Of a stretch of DNA of 64,000 bases, positions 19,416-30,523 are shown piece by piece. The stretch is from a virus (taxonomy: Duplodnaviria; Caudoviricetes), in IMG/VR virus record IMGVR_UViG_3300015608_002119, positions 64,001 to 128,000 of that record, one strand, 5' to 3'. Below the pieces are notes generated by a model, which made no database searches, was not told the DNA's origin, and saw nothing but the letters and a program-made list of their open reading frames with translations. The position numbers were made by a program, and so were the translations under genes. Positions within the stretch are counted from its first letter, which is position 1. Each line of letters opens with the position of its first letter.

Positions 19416-22124
19416 ATGCCGCTATGGATCATTCCGAGTTCCGCGTCGTTTCAACCATTCTTTGATGATGGGGATTCGCATTATGGCGTCGTGTTCAATC
19501 TGGATGTCAGCGCATCCGGGGGCATTGACACAACACCGATCGACAACTTTCGCGAGGGTGTTGGGCTGCGTCGAATGGCCGACGTGCTCAAGTCTAATCA
19601 ACCAAAGACGAGAGTTGGTGGCAGCGGGCAAGGTTTTCCAGTTCATGCAAATAGCACACTGCGGCATGACATAGAGCTCTATGGCTCAATCAACCAGGGT
19701 GTCGGGTTCGTAGAGGCTACCGGCGACACGGCGTTCAATGATCAGATCAAAGGCGTTGACGGTTCAACACCGAGCGGGTCTGTTAGGTCAAGTCGGATTG
19801 TCGACTACATGCATGACAGCACGGAGGTTATTGCGGGCCGTTTAACTGAAACGGCCGTCTACCCGATCTATATGAACAATGGCCCCGGCATGACCGAAGT
19901 GTCGGTCATCGAACCGTTGCCGCTAACCAACAGAACACCATTTGTCGAAAACCCGGCCGCTAACAGAAGGGGAGCGAACGGCGCATACGAACAAGGTGAA
20001 GTAGAGTTCGATCATGGCACACCTGTCATTAGCAGGTTCAAGCAGTTTGATCCAAACACGGTACGGTACAGACCATTCCTAGAATACGGCGCTTCGTTCA
20101 TTCTTGTCACTTCAAGCAACAACAGCAGTGTGATAGGTGTCGTTGAACAGGCACCTTCCGATATTCCGGACCCGTTCCAATATGCCAGACAAGTGCCATG
20201 GTTTGACGAGACACGCGGCAAGTTCCAGCTGCGCACAATATCAACCGGTGCCTTGGCTCTACTGTCGGTAAGCGTTACACCGGCCAGTCATAGCAGTCCA
20301 TTGCCATATTACGCACTTGGATATGACATGGCCGACTCGGAGCTGCAAAGACGGGATGGACGTGCTGCTCCTGCCGGGTGGTCGTTTCCGGGTTCGAGTG
20401 AAGTAGCCAGATACGGCACCGACTCAGTTGCATATGGTGGCCTAAAACAAGAACAGACGAACACGTCACGGCTGCGAGGTCTAACACCATGGGTCCGTAG
20501 CAAGCACAAGTCAAACGTTACCGGGAGCTACCCGTCCATATGGCGCACAGCTAGTGACAACAGAACTGGCAAAAGCCAACTGTCGCTGTTCCGTGACCGC
20601 AGATCGACTAAGTTTGGTGTACAGACAACCGACGTCGTTTATCCGCTAGCAATGACAGCGGAGGCAATCTCTGCAAGTCTTGACGGTCCAACAATTACTG
20701 CGTGCGGTCAAGGAATACAGACCACCGGGTCGATGAACCACACAACGGTTGAAGGTCTTTTGGACCTGTCATATGATACCAACCAGCGACTGTTGCCGTT
20801 CGCTGATATGCAGAACCCGGAGTCGGCCGCTGGGAAAGCCAACAACGTTGAGTTTTTTGCAACTGGCAGCTTGCCACAAAATGCCGGTGAAGGTTTCGCA
20901 CAACCATTATGGAGCAAGACAAAGCTGGTCATTGATCTGAGCCCAGCGACGGTGCATTCGATGAGCCTCGTTAAAAGCAGCAGCGCGGCAAACAGAAGTC
21001 ATCCAATGGCCTACTGGAATCCCGTGCGCAAGCAATATGACGGGATCGGTAGCGGCAACGGCATTGACAGCTATGATGGCACGCTGAGCGGGTTGCAATC
21101 GTTCCTTGGCGAGCAAACATTCGGGTTTGCTGCATCGATGGACAACGGTGGCCTGCCAAGCGGGTTCTCTGCGGGCGTGTTCAATCTTTATGGCCGGGAG
21201 TTTTCGGACGCGGGATTCCCATTCCATCCAAAGTTCATGCCGACATCATCCCAGCTAATCGATGTTGGTCGTCTGATCTCCGAACCGTTCTTACTTGAAA
21301 AGATCGTGTTGGAGATAAGTGGCGGCTTGAGTCTAGGCCCAAACTTCGGCTCATCCAACACAGCAGTTTGGACGTTCTTCCTGCTGAACATACGGCCGTG
21401 CGTGAGCGGTGTGTTATCGCCGTCACAAACGGTCTCATATGTTACAGCTGCGGCAAGCAATTATTCCACTTTCACCAGCACAACAAACCTGGGTACTTCA
21501 GTTCTGGATGTCGTTGATTATATGCAGGTGGCAGTCAGCTCTGCATCTGACACGAGAGGTTATCTGCAAAGAGAATCAGCTCCTATTGCACCATGGGCAG
21601 GTATTGAGACCGGTGCCACAAGAAGCATTCAGTTGTCATTGTCGTCTTCGGTCAAGGCACAGATACCGTATGGTGGATCGGTCGCCACAGTGTTCTCTGG
21701 GTCTACAGTCGACTCAAAATGGTTCATGCCGCATCTCGCGTATGCCGGTAGAAATGGTGGCGTACAACGATCCAATGGGCGAGACTGGATAAACTCGAAT
21801 GAAAATCCGCTGGTTGCCGGAACGGCGTCTTACAGTCTTGGTGTTGGGCCGGGCATATCCGTCGGCATTAACAGCCAATACAACAAGACCAATCCGTATC
21901 TGCTTATGCCAACAGACCGCCTTGTGTTTGGGTTACAGCTGCCGTGGGACATCGACAACATAAACATAACAAACACGTTTGAATTTGCGACAGCCGGTAT
22001 TAACAGGCTGATCCTGTATGGCTCAACAATGCGGTTCAATGAAGACACTGGCCAACTTGAAGAGTCGCACGACGGCACACTGAACCAGTTACTTACTTCA
22101 GAGTCAATACACGAGGTATTCTGA
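19416..22124 (+). CDS. virion structural protein
   Basis: 902 aa, Ser/Thr/Gly-rich; I..PFLLEKIV.E and PYLL.P.D.LV.G motifs; structural operon. Confidence 0.55.
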   Translation: MPLWIIPSSASFQPFFDDGDSHYGVVFNLDVSASGGIDTTPIDNFREGVGLRRMADVLKSNQPKTRVGGSGQGFPVHANSTLRHDIELYGSINQGVGFVEATGDTAFNDQIKGVDGSTPSGSVRSSRIVDYMHDSTEVIAGRLTETAVYPIYMNNGPGMTEVSVIEPLPLTNRTPFVENPAANRRGANGAYEQGEVEFDHGTPVISRFKQFDPNTVRYRPFLEYGASFILVTSSNNSSVIGVVEQAPSDIPDPFQYARQVPWFDETRGKFQLRTISTGALALLSVSVTPASHSSPLPYYALGYDMADSELQRRDGRAAPAGWSFPGSSEVARYGTDSVAYGGLKQEQTNTSRLRGLTPWVRSKHKSNVTGSYPSIWRTASDNRTGKSQLSLFRDRRSTKFGVQTTDVVYPLAMTAEAISASLDGPTITACGQGIQTTGSMNHTTVEGLLDLSYDTNQRLLPFADMQNPESAAGKANNVEFFATGSLPQNAGEGFAQPLWSKTKLVIDLSPATVHSMSLVKSSSAANRSHPMAYWNPVRKQYDGIGSGNGIDSYDGTLSGLQSFLGEQTFGFAASMDNGGLPSGFSAGVFNLYGREFSDAGFPFHPKFMPTSSQLIDVGRLISEPFLLEKIVLEISGGLSLGPNFGSSNTAVWTFFLLNIRPCVSGVLSPSQTVSYVTAAASNYSTFTSTTNLGTSVLDVVDYMQVAVSSASDTRGYLQRESAPIAPWAGIETGATRSIQLSLSSSVKAQIPYGGSVATVFSGSTVDSKWFMPHLAYAGRNGGVQRSNGRDWINSNENPLVAGTASYSLGVGPGISVGINSQYNKTNPYLLMPTDRLVFGLQLPWDIDNINITNTFEFATAGINRLILYGSTMRFNEDTGQLEESHDGTLNQLLTSESIHEVF

Positions 22125-22128
22125 CATC

Positions 22129-23310
22129 ATGCCCAAGTTCGACGTTGAACCAGCCGCATCGTATTACGGCGCATACTCAGATATCATTGTCGTTGGCGAC
22201 AGTAAGCCGACAGTTGGTGTTGCCAGCTGGGACCGTGTAGTTTCAGGATCTTCAGTGTCTGGCTCGAACGCCTGGAGAGTCGAAACACTCTATTCTGAGT
22301 ATGTGTTTGGAAGAGAAAACACGTTTCGACAATCTGGTGAGCCGCGACTGTTGCGACTAGCCAGCGTCAGATCCACATATGTTGACTCGATACCACCAGA
22401 TCCGATAAGGCTTCACACGACCGGCGCATCTAACTGCTCGGGTTCTATGTGTCAAACCAATGGTACCGGCTTGATCGGCAACATCAACACGACACTCTAC
22501 CAGATGATTGTCTTTTCACGCGTTGGCTACGTGACAGAAAGCGCATCAAACCAACGCGTGTCCAACGTCGACTGGGCAACCTCTTTCCCGTTCGAGAAGA
22601 AATACCAAGGAATCACGCAGGACGATTACAAGCTCTGTTTTTTCCGACCAAAGCAGAGCGGGACAGATCAACTTACATGGCTAGCCGGTGCACCCGAACC
22701 GGCTACACCAAACGCATATTATGTGATTTATGTTACGAATGCCACTAGCCAGCCGGACAGCAGTAAGACCTATGAGATATATGCTGAACGTACCGGTAAC
22801 GATGCGTTGGGATTTCTGACAGACGTTGGAACAATGAACAGTGATACCGCGTCAAAGCTGCTAACCAACAAGGCGGTCTTCGGCATTAACCCAAGAGGGA
22901 TATCTAGCACGACCGCAACGCTTGATGGCGATACGTTATCTTTTCTGACCGGGGCTTTGATCGACGGCTGGAAGTATGGTCTGTTGAATGGTATACCAAC
23001 CAACACTTCGGCGGTATACAGGCAAAACCACTACGGACAACCAAGGGACTTGTTAGAGGGCCGATTATACAGCAAGACAACGTCCGACGCTGGGCCATTC
23101 GGTGTCAATGGCGGTATCAGGTTTATATCGGGCAGTGCCTTGTCCGGCGAGAGCAACAACTATCTGACCGCTTCGATCTATGCTACCGGTGATGTCGGCG
23201 TGGCATCTGCTGTCAATCCGTACGGATCCGGCCTGTTTGACAAGGAGTGCCGGTCAACTCAGCCATGGCATGATGACGATCCACGTGTAACAATCAGGCC
23301 AAGCCTGTAA
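22129..23310 (+). CDS. virion structural protein
   Basis: GWKYGL.N, R..HYGQ.RD.LE.R; operon context. Confidence 0.5.
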   Translation: MPKFDVEPAASYYGAYSDIIVVGDSKPTVGVASWDRVVSGSSVSGSNAWRVETLYSEYVFGRENTFRQSGEPRLLRLASVRSTYVDSIPPDPIRLHTTGASNCSGSMCQTNGTGLIGNINTTLYQMIVFSRVGYVTESASNQRVSNVDWATSFPFEKKYQGITQDDYKLCFFRPKQSGTDQLTWLAGAPEPATPNAYYVIYVTNATSQPDSSKTYEIYAERTGNDALGFLTDVGTMNSDTASKLLTNKAVFGINPRGISSTTATLDGDTLSFLTGALIDGWKYGLLNGIPTNTSAVYRQNHYGQPRDLLEGRLYSKTTSDAGPFGVNGGIRFISGSALSGESNNYLTASIYATGDVGVASAVNPYGSGLFDKECRSTQPWHDDDPRVTIRPSL

Positions 23311-23333
23311 CAGAAAGGCGACAACACACAACC

Positions 23334-24416
23334 ATGGGCCTGTTAGACAACACGAGGATATTTGACACGATCCTGACCGATGAAGGCCGACGACAGCTTG
23401 GGTCTGGCAAGTTCCGGCCAATGTTCTACTCGTTCAGCGATGCCGGAGCTGTATATTCGCCTTCAGATATCAACGCGACTGGTTCGTCACCGGTTGAGGG
23501 TATAGCGACCACACTAACATTTGAGGTTTTTCCGCTGCCGCAAGATCAAGTAGCATACGAGGCGGATGACAGTGGTGGGCTGGTGGCCTTTGGCAACAAC
23601 AACTACTTCACGAGCCCAGCCGGTGAGTCCGTAAGGGTTATATCTGGTAAGCTGGTTTCCGGATGGGAGCTTGGTACGCCTACCGTCCTTTCGGCCTCTG
23701 CGCAGTTCGCTTCAGTGGCAGAAAGTGTCCTGTCCGGTACGGTAGACAACTTCAGAAGGCTTAGCATCCTCAAAAGTCCCGATCTCCTGTACAGCAACCG
23801 TGATGAGTTCAGACTGAGCATCACTGGCGCGATCAACTTTAGGGTGACAAACGACACGGTGTTACCTGGAGGGGTTACAGCCGGTGTGTTGGAGTCTTCG
23901 GAGGATATGTTTTCAGACAGAAGACTTAGCCACGTTGACAACTTCAGCTTCTTGCCGCCGATTAATCGCATCAACCCAGGCGACACTGCCACGTCGACAA
24001 TTGGCAACTATGCCGCTGCGATTAATGGTAACCGCCAAATAATCACACTCGACGACCTACGCACGGAGTTCGCTAACCCGACGATGCGACAGCCTGGGCA
24101 GTCAAACGACATGACAGGGCGATTGCAGCGCGAAACGGTCAGGTTCTCTGAGACCTCAATCACCAACCGGCTCATGGGACAAGTGTTTGAATTGGCCGGT
24201 AATCAGATTACAAAGCTAGATGTAATTGATTACGGCGTGTTTACCATTCGTCGATCTGATCCTCCTTTGTTCCCAGAAGCAATACCAGCGCCACTCAATC
24301 CGGATATTGTTACAGCAACTGGCAGAGTGCAAGTATACTTCGTAGGAAAGGTCTACAGAGACGCCATGAGCGTACAGAAGTTCATTAACGTCGCAACCCT
24401 GGTTTTTCAGGATTGA
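23334..24416 (+). CDS. baseplate/tail-fibre attachment protein (paralogous N-terminus with 32412)
   Basis: MGLLD..RIFDTILT.EGR.QL...F.D resembles 32412 VDSVLTDIGRQKLA. Confidence 0.55.
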   Translation: MGLLDNTRIFDTILTDEGRRQLGSGKFRPMFYSFSDAGAVYSPSDINATGSSPVEGIATTLTFEVFPLPQDQVAYEADDSGGLVAFGNNNYFTSPAGESVRVISGKLVSGWELGTPTVLSASAQFASVAESVLSGTVDNFRRLSILKSPDLLYSNRDEFRLSITGAINFRVTNDTVLPGGVTAGVLESSEDMFSDRRLSHVDNFSFLPPINRINPGDTATSTIGNYAAAINGNRQIITLDDLRTEFANPTMRQPGQSNDMTGRLQRETVRFSETSITNRLMGQVFELAGNQITKLDVIDYGVFTIRRSDPPLFPEAIPAPLNPDIVTATGRVQVYFVGKVYRDAMSVQKFINVATLVFQD

Positions 24417-24428
24417 TACGTATTCCAC

Positions 24429-26861
24429 ATGGAGACATCATGTGTTGGGATCGGCGATGGATTCGCAGAATGCCTCTATCTCAGTGATGACGGCACAGTT
24501 GCCGATTACCGGTTCACGTACACAATCACCAAGTCAAAATTGTCGGACAGTGCCGCTGCTACAATTGACATCACCCTATCAGAAGTGAACGTCAAAGTGG
24601 CAACAAGCAGCCACTCCATATTCGGACAACAACAGCGACTAGCAGTTTCTTTCTCATTGGCAAACATCGACGCGTCCGATGTGATCGCCAGAATCCGGAC
24701 ACGACCATCGGTGTTACGCGAACAGGTAGCGGCCGTGCGCCAATCGTATTTTGCCACAAAGAGACTTGCAATACCAGAACTGTTGACTGGTTTCAACTCT
24801 GTTGTTGGTTATGAGCTGATCACATCGACGAACGTAAAGCCCGGATATCGCAACACAGTGGCAATGGCAACCGCCGCGCCAAGCAATTTGCGTGTCAGCG
24901 ATGACAGAACGGTCCAGCAGCTATCAAAGAAGCTACTGTTTGAGTCTGGTGTGGATGTTGGTTCACGACTGTCTCAACCGGCATATGGCAAACCAACACT
25001 TAACCAGCAGGCAAACGCAGCTGTGCCAAGCGGTCAGCGGTATGAGCAGCACAATGAGTTGTCCGATGTTCAAAACCGGCTGATGATCGCGGCAACCGGC
25101 AATCCAACACCCATCAACGGCGCTCCGAGCTACTTTGCATACCGGTATGCCGACAGGGACATGGTAACTGTATACACGGACCTATCGCAAATAAGAGTCC
25201 CATCCGGGCTAACACCATCAGGGTTCTACGTTACGATCACCATTAAGACAGCCGATGGCATACTAATACAAGAGCTAACGAAGCACGTCGATCATAGCGC
25301 TTGCGTTCGTAGTCTTAGAGCAACCACACAAGCACCAATGATCGTTGCAACAAGGCTTGGTGATGAAACCGGCAAGGTTCAGCTGACAATCAAACAAACC
25401 GATCAGTACGCGTCGGACGTAAAAATATACAAACAAACCTACCGAAGCTCCGACTCCGCACCAACACAGGTGTACGTGACATCGCTGGCGGTTCGGCCAA
25501 ACGCCGTTGCCTCTTTGGTGTTTGACGAGCCGGAGACGTTAATACCTGGGACGGTGGTGCTATACAAGGCTGTGGCTGGTAGCGAGTTGAAGTTCGGTTC
25601 GTCGGCCGTTGCACCGGCCGGGAAGGCATCCGACATACGTGCGGACCGGTCAACAATCATTGCTACTATTGTCGCAGGCGGTGTTCGCTTGAGCATAGCC
25701 AACATACCAACTGGTGTGGCCACGGTGGAACTGTATCGACAACGTAACGGCGATATTGAGCGTTCGCTCATGCAGCGGTTTCTTGTGAATGGAATGGGCG
25801 GGTCCGTAGCGCATGTTGATACGTCCGTAGAAGCCGAGTCAACATATCACTACACGATCGCGATGACTGATATGCTTGGAAACGACGTACCGACATATGC
25901 TGAGGAGTTGTTGGTATACAGGCCGCCGACCGCCGCGGCGTATGCCACTGTAACCGTAGGCGCCAGCACGGTTACAGCCGATACGGACCCAGCGACCGGC
26001 AAGCCTCGTTATGACGTTGTGTTTGATGTCGGTTACCTGAAAAGTGAAACCGCCGAAGATGTCACAAGGAAGTTGCTCAAAAACCAACAGCTAATCGAAT
26101 ACTACGGTGCCGATATCAGTCGCCAGAACTTAAGCCAGCTCCTTGTGACGCGCGTTGTAATGAAGAACCTGTTGACCGGTGACTATAGTGACCTTGGATT
26201 TATTGACCAGTCGACCGGCTTCATACAGTCAAAAACACGCATTGGGCACATCACCGAGCCAGCTCCTTACCGGTACGAACTGACGACGTACGTACGCGAT
26301 CCGGCGACACTACTTTCGCGTGTTGTGCTTACCGGTTCATCGACACCAAGGCCGGGCACCGGCACAACACAGGGAACGCTGACAACGGCATACACATATA
26401 CGCCAGCAATCAGCTCAAATCCGTTCGCTTTGTCGACCGGTACGCTGGCAAAGAAAAGCGGCGCCGAATACGAAAGCATGACCGGTGTTTCTGAAATGAG
26501 TCTCGGTTCCATTGTTGATGTCCAGTACGTGGCAGTGGATGTTACACAGCCAAAGCCAACCATTCAAGGCTTGAGAGCATATCGAAGCAGCCGCACCGCT
26601 ATTACACTGAACTGGTCTGTGAACGGTCAGCAGGATCAAATCGGTCACTTTGTAATTGTCAGGCAGGACAAGAGCACCGGCGCTGTCGACCACTTGGGAA
26701 CTACCAACGGAATCGAGCCAACAAACAACTACGCATTCGTTGATAAACTCAGGGCCACGGATCCTGGCCGTTACGTGTACTATGTCACACCACAGCTCAC
26801 GGACTACTCGGTTGGATCTTCATATGCCAGCAATGAGGTAGAGGTGTCGGTAGAACAATGA
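24429..26861 (+). CDS. structural protein with Ig/FN3-like domains
   Basis: ELYR...VDTSV....YHYTI, ITLNW..FVIVR...FVD...Y.YYV. Confidence 0.55.
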   Translation: METSCVGIGDGFAECLYLSDDGTVADYRFTYTITKSKLSDSAAATIDITLSEVNVKVATSSHSIFGQQQRLAVSFSLANIDASDVIARIRTRPSVLREQVAAVRQSYFATKRLAIPELLTGFNSVVGYELITSTNVKPGYRNTVAMATAAPSNLRVSDDRTVQQLSKKLLFESGVDVGSRLSQPAYGKPTLNQQANAAVPSGQRYEQHNELSDVQNRLMIAATGNPTPINGAPSYFAYRYADRDMVTVYTDLSQIRVPSGLTPSGFYVTITIKTADGILIQELTKHVDHSACVRSLRATTQAPMIVATRLGDETGKVQLTIKQTDQYASDVKIYKQTYRSSDSAPTQVYVTSLAVRPNAVASLVFDEPETLIPGTVVLYKAVAGSELKFGSSAVAPAGKASDIRADRSTIIATIVAGGVRLSIANIPTGVATVELYRQRNGDIERSLMQRFLVNGMGGSVAHVDTSVEAESTYHYTIAMTDMLGNDVPTYAEELLVYRPPTAAAYATVTVGASTVTADTDPATGKPRYDVVFDVGYLKSETAEDVTRKLLKNQQLIEYYGADISRQNLSQLLVTRVVMKNLLTGDYSDLGFIDQSTGFIQSKTRIGHITEPAPYRYELTTYVRDPATLLSRVVLTGSSTPRPGTGTTQGTLTTAYTYTPAISSNPFALSTGTLAKKSGAEYESMTGVSEMSLGSIVDVQYVAVDVTQPKPTIQGLRAYRSSRTAITLNWSVNGQQDQIGHFVIVRQDKSTGAVDHLGTTNGIEPTNNYAFVDKLRATDPGRYVYYVTPQLTDYSVGSSYASNEVEVSVEQ

Positions 26862-29800
26862 GCGCGACAAGAAACAACCTGCCGGTATCGCTCGGCGGTA
26901 TCAGCATACAGCCGGTCGCGACACCGCTATTGGCACCACTCACAGCGCCACGTGACGATGGCGCGCCCATGCTTATGGGACTAGGTACGGCACCGCAGGC
27001 GCCTAGACAGGTTACGCAGGCTGGCGCCGACGTGCAATCAACTTCGGTCCCATTGTCACAGCAAGTCACTTTGACAAACCTGAATGTTCCAAGCCTGTCG
27101 TCTCCCACGGTACCGATGGTCAGGCTATCACCAGCTCAGGCGCTACAGGGTGCAGTTTTTGCACCACCGATGGCGCCTTCATCAGTGACAATAAGCTCGC
27201 GGCCCAACCCAGTCGCGAGGCTAACGGCCGCCGACTTGAATGAAGATACGCTATCACTGGCAACCAGCAACGTTCAGAACGGCTCAGTAACGCTGGCGCC
27301 TGGGGCTTTCCGGCCGGAGCTGGTCATGACGATGCCGTTTCAACCATCTTATGATGGCTTGCATCAACCAACAGAGTTTGGCAGGTACCTAAACGACCTC
27401 TACCAGAACAGCATACTTCGCGACAGCCTGCGCAAGTACCTCATTGCCAATCGATATGACGCGCTAGCGCAGACCCTGGCCGCGATATCCAGCCGGGTGA
27501 GCAGTGATATCACATACGCCAATGAGACCATAGCTCAACTTGATCAAGCTATCAGTAGGCGCGGCGAACTGCTCAATGCCCTGAATGTGAAAGTCGTTGT
27601 TGGTGACGGGTACAACGTTAGGACTCCATATGTCAACCTACGCGAACTTGTTACAACAAGGATGCTGTTCTCTGACCGATCATATAGTTTGTTCTCTGAC
27701 ACCAAACTGATCTACCAGCTCTTGTTTGATATGAGCTCGGTTCTGAACGTGTGTTCGTTTGGGCTGGTATCTGGATTTACAGATCATGATCGTACGGCGA
27801 TAACAAACAACCCAAACACCAACAGCCAGCTGGCGGCACAAGATGCCATCACGTTAGACTTGAGCTACGGTAGCGGGCTAAGGTTTGAGCCATCTCTCTT
27901 GCGCGCCAAATACATGACCGACAGTGCAGTTGTGGGGTCTGTTGTGGCCAGCTTGCCGGGTGCCGCCGCTGACAAGATACAGTTGATCACATGGTTCCTA
28001 TCCAAAGAGCTGCGCGTGTCAAAAGGTCTCGGCAAATACCTTCCAGATGGCGCGGCATTGTTTGGGTTCGGTAACCGCGGTAACCCATTTGACAATGTTA
28101 TAGGCGCTGTTCCAACCGACATCTTTACTCAACCTTCTGGCCAAAACAGCTTAGCTGGCTTGTTTTACTTGAGAAACGCAGGCGCTCAATCATCAAACGC
28201 CGCCGTCATATTGCCGTACGAAAGCAGAGCAGTTGTCGGCGACAACGAGACCACGTATGTTCCGGGAAGTGCGTACTTCGGCGACGCTTTGCTGCGCGGT
28301 GACTACGGCACATTTTCCAACTACAAGGAACTATTCTCGACACGCATATCTGCGGCGAGGTCAGTGTTTGACCGGTTACTGCTCAAACAACACAGCTACG
28401 ATCAGACGTCTGCGGCAATTACCCCAGCCAGCATGATTAAATCCGCCGCTGGCATGTTTGGCGAAGCCATGTCATACATCAGAGCCATCAACGGAAACGG
28501 GCTCTCAACGTTGTTGTTTGCTCTTTATCGCATCGCTGCCAGCCAACCAGCCATGAAGTTCGAGCTGTTCAAGCTGTTGCTGCTGGTCATTCTATATGAT
28601 TCAAGGCCAACGGTTACAAGCACCGTTCCGAATGTCGACAATTTCCGACGGCTCCTCTTCGACGAGCTCTCCAGTAATCCAATACAGGGCTTCGCTGCGC
28701 CGGTCACAGAGGATACCCTGCCGGACCTTTTGCTGTCACAGATAAGCGTCGTAGTGGCCTTGGCGGGGCAAAACTTGCCAATGGCTAGTGGTCGGGGACA
28801 TGTTACCGACTTGTTTGCCAACACGCCCACATCACCAATCGGCAAGGAGACCGGCGATGTGAGCCCAGCAAACAACAGCATGCACGTGCCGTTTGTAATA
28901 GCGCAGGATTTGCATGTTGCGCTGAGGTCTCCTGGGCAAAACCTGTTCAAGTGCGTTGACATGTTCGCACGTGCCATGTTTGCTGCGTGCGGCAACGGTG
29001 ACGTACAGTACCACCTGATATCAAACAGCTCTGTTACAAGATACAACGGCGTTACAATCACCGGCACGCTGTTGCTTGTCAATGAGATGTTTGCCGCCAT
29101 GGCCGACATGTTCACCGCACAATCAGTTTCATTCTTCCTGGATGGGAACTCGATTGTCGCTCAGTTCAACTCGTCCGCGCTATCAGAGGCACAAGCTGAT
29201 ATTGGGCAGTTTGTTGGTTCAAATGCCACCGCAGGATCACTGTTGCCGTTGGTTGCAAAGGTAGACGGCGAGGAGTTGTTCATTGACAACGGCCTCGTGC
29301 TGTTGGAACGGCTAAATCAATCGCTCAATAACGTCACTTCCCCAACACCAAACGAACGTGACGCTCTCGCGACGCTTGGGCCTTACACCGGCAACGTGAC
29401 GGTCTCGTATATTCGGAGTGCAAAGTCTGTTCTGCGGTCGTACGTTGACAGACTGGCCAGATACAACCCGTCCGGCAAGCCCGGCTTGAACTTTTATCTG
29501 CCGAGTGGCAAGGCAATATCAGATAACACGTTCATAGCTTTGCAAACGCTGCTCAAGTCGACCGGGTTTCTCGGCAGCGCACTTCATGAATTGCTGCCAA
29601 ACAGCCAGCTATTGACGATTGGAGTCCCGGCCGGGTTTGTGGACTCGATCCTGTCATCCGGCGTAAGGAAGGCTGACACGGCTGCTGGACTGTTGTTGCA
29701 GGGTGAGCCTAGCGATATAGTTCGCTTGAAGGTATACAGAACAGACAAGAACAACGAGCGGCTGATATTCAAGCCGGTATCGTTCATGTTTGACACGTCG

Positions 29801-30523
29801 CTGTTTGCGTATGGGTTTGATGGATACGGTTCTGAACAGCTAGCCGAACTGCCGACCACAACAGACGCACTGCTTGATGTCTTCAGGTTTTACGACTTTG
29901 ACGAGGACATGCCATACACAAGTGCCGTTCCACAGACCTTGTCTACCCTGGCAAACGCGGACGGCTATTACAGCTCTACACCGGCCAGGAAACGGCTAGC
30001 TGGTGAGGTGGTTAAAAACCTCATGCTCAGCCACCTGATTGGGGCGTATGTCAACATGGCAACCGGGATGTCGCTGGACGAGGAAACGTTCATCTCGTAC
30101 GACCCAACTGAGATCCGACGGTTCTCAGACTCTGTTACTGCACTCGCCTCCAACGGCCAGAACATCGATAGCGCCGCGGCCACTGCAAAGTTGATGGTGC
30201 CAGAATACGCTGGCCTGCTTTCGGCGTTTGCGACGAATCGAGTGGACGTGAAGATGATGCTCACGCTCTGCAACGATATCCGCAGCACCGTGTTCAGACG
30301 TAAAGATTTCGATCGAACGTTCTCGGTCATCGTAGCACGCAACCGGTTCCCGGTCGACATCGAGTCTATGAACCAAACCAACGCTGGCCGGGAAGAACTT
30401 GTAAGGCTTTGGCGAGCTGGTTCTACGATCACCGCGGAAGACGGCGAGGTGTATGTTGTGTCCGATAACACCTTGGTCATGGACCAATACTTTGTCAACA
30501 TTGAGGCATTGGCTGGTATATGA
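26858..30523 (+). CDS. large hypothetical virion protein
   Basis: 1221-aa ORF coupled to its neighbours in the structural module. Confidence 0.55.
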   Translation: MSATRNNLPVSLGGISIQPVATPLLAPLTAPRDDGAPMLMGLGTAPQAPRQVTQAGADVQSTSVPLSQQVTLTNLNVPSLSSPTVPMVRLSPAQALQGAVFAPPMAPSSVTISSRPNPVARLTAADLNEDTLSLATSNVQNGSVTLAPGAFRPELVMTMPFQPSYDGLHQPTEFGRYLNDLYQNSILRDSLRKYLIANRYDALAQTLAAISSRVSSDITYANETIAQLDQAISRRGELLNALNVKVVVGDGYNVRTPYVNLRELVTTRMLFSDRSYSLFSDTKLIYQLLFDMSSVLNVCSFGLVSGFTDHDRTAITNNPNTNSQLAAQDAITLDLSYGSGLRFEPSLLRAKYMTDSAVVGSVVASLPGAAADKIQLITWFLSKELRVSKGLGKYLPDGAALFGFGNRGNPFDNVIGAVPTDIFTQPSGQNSLAGLFYLRNAGAQSSNAAVILPYESRAVVGDNETTYVPGSAYFGDALLRGDYGTFSNYKELFSTRISAARSVFDRLLLKQHSYDQTSAAITPASMIKSAAGMFGEAMSYIRAINGNGLSTLLFALYRIAASQPAMKFELFKLLLLVILYDSRPTVTSTVPNVDNFRRLLFDELSSNPIQGFAAPVTEDTLPDLLLSQISVVVALAGQNLPMASGRGHVTDLFANTPTSPIGKETGDVSPANNSMHVPFVIAQDLHVALRSPGQNLFKCVDMFARAMFAACGNGDVQYHLISNSSVTRYNGVTITGTLLLVNEMFAAMADMFTAQSVSFFLDGNSIVAQFNSSALSEAQADIGQFVGSNATAGSLLPLVAKVDGEELFIDNGLVLLERLNQSLNNVTSPTPNERDALATLGPYTGNVTVSYIRSAKSVLRSYVDRLARYNPSGKPGLNFYLPSGKAISDNTFIALQTLLKSTGFLGSALHELLPNSQLLTIGVPAGFVDSILSSGVRKADTAAGLLLQGEPSDIVRLKVYRTDKNNERLIFKPVSFMFDTSLFAYGFDGYGSEQLAELPTTTDALLDVFRFYDFDEDMPYTSAVPQTLSTLANADGYYSSTPARKRLAGEVVKNLMLSHLIGAYVNMATGMSLDEETFISYDPTEIRRFSDSVTALASNGQNIDSAAATAKLMVPEYAGLLSAFATNRVDVKMMLTLCNDIRSTVFRRKDFDRTFSVIVARNRFPVDIESMNQTNAGREELVRLWRAGSTITAEDGEVYVVSDNTLVMDQYFVNIEALAGI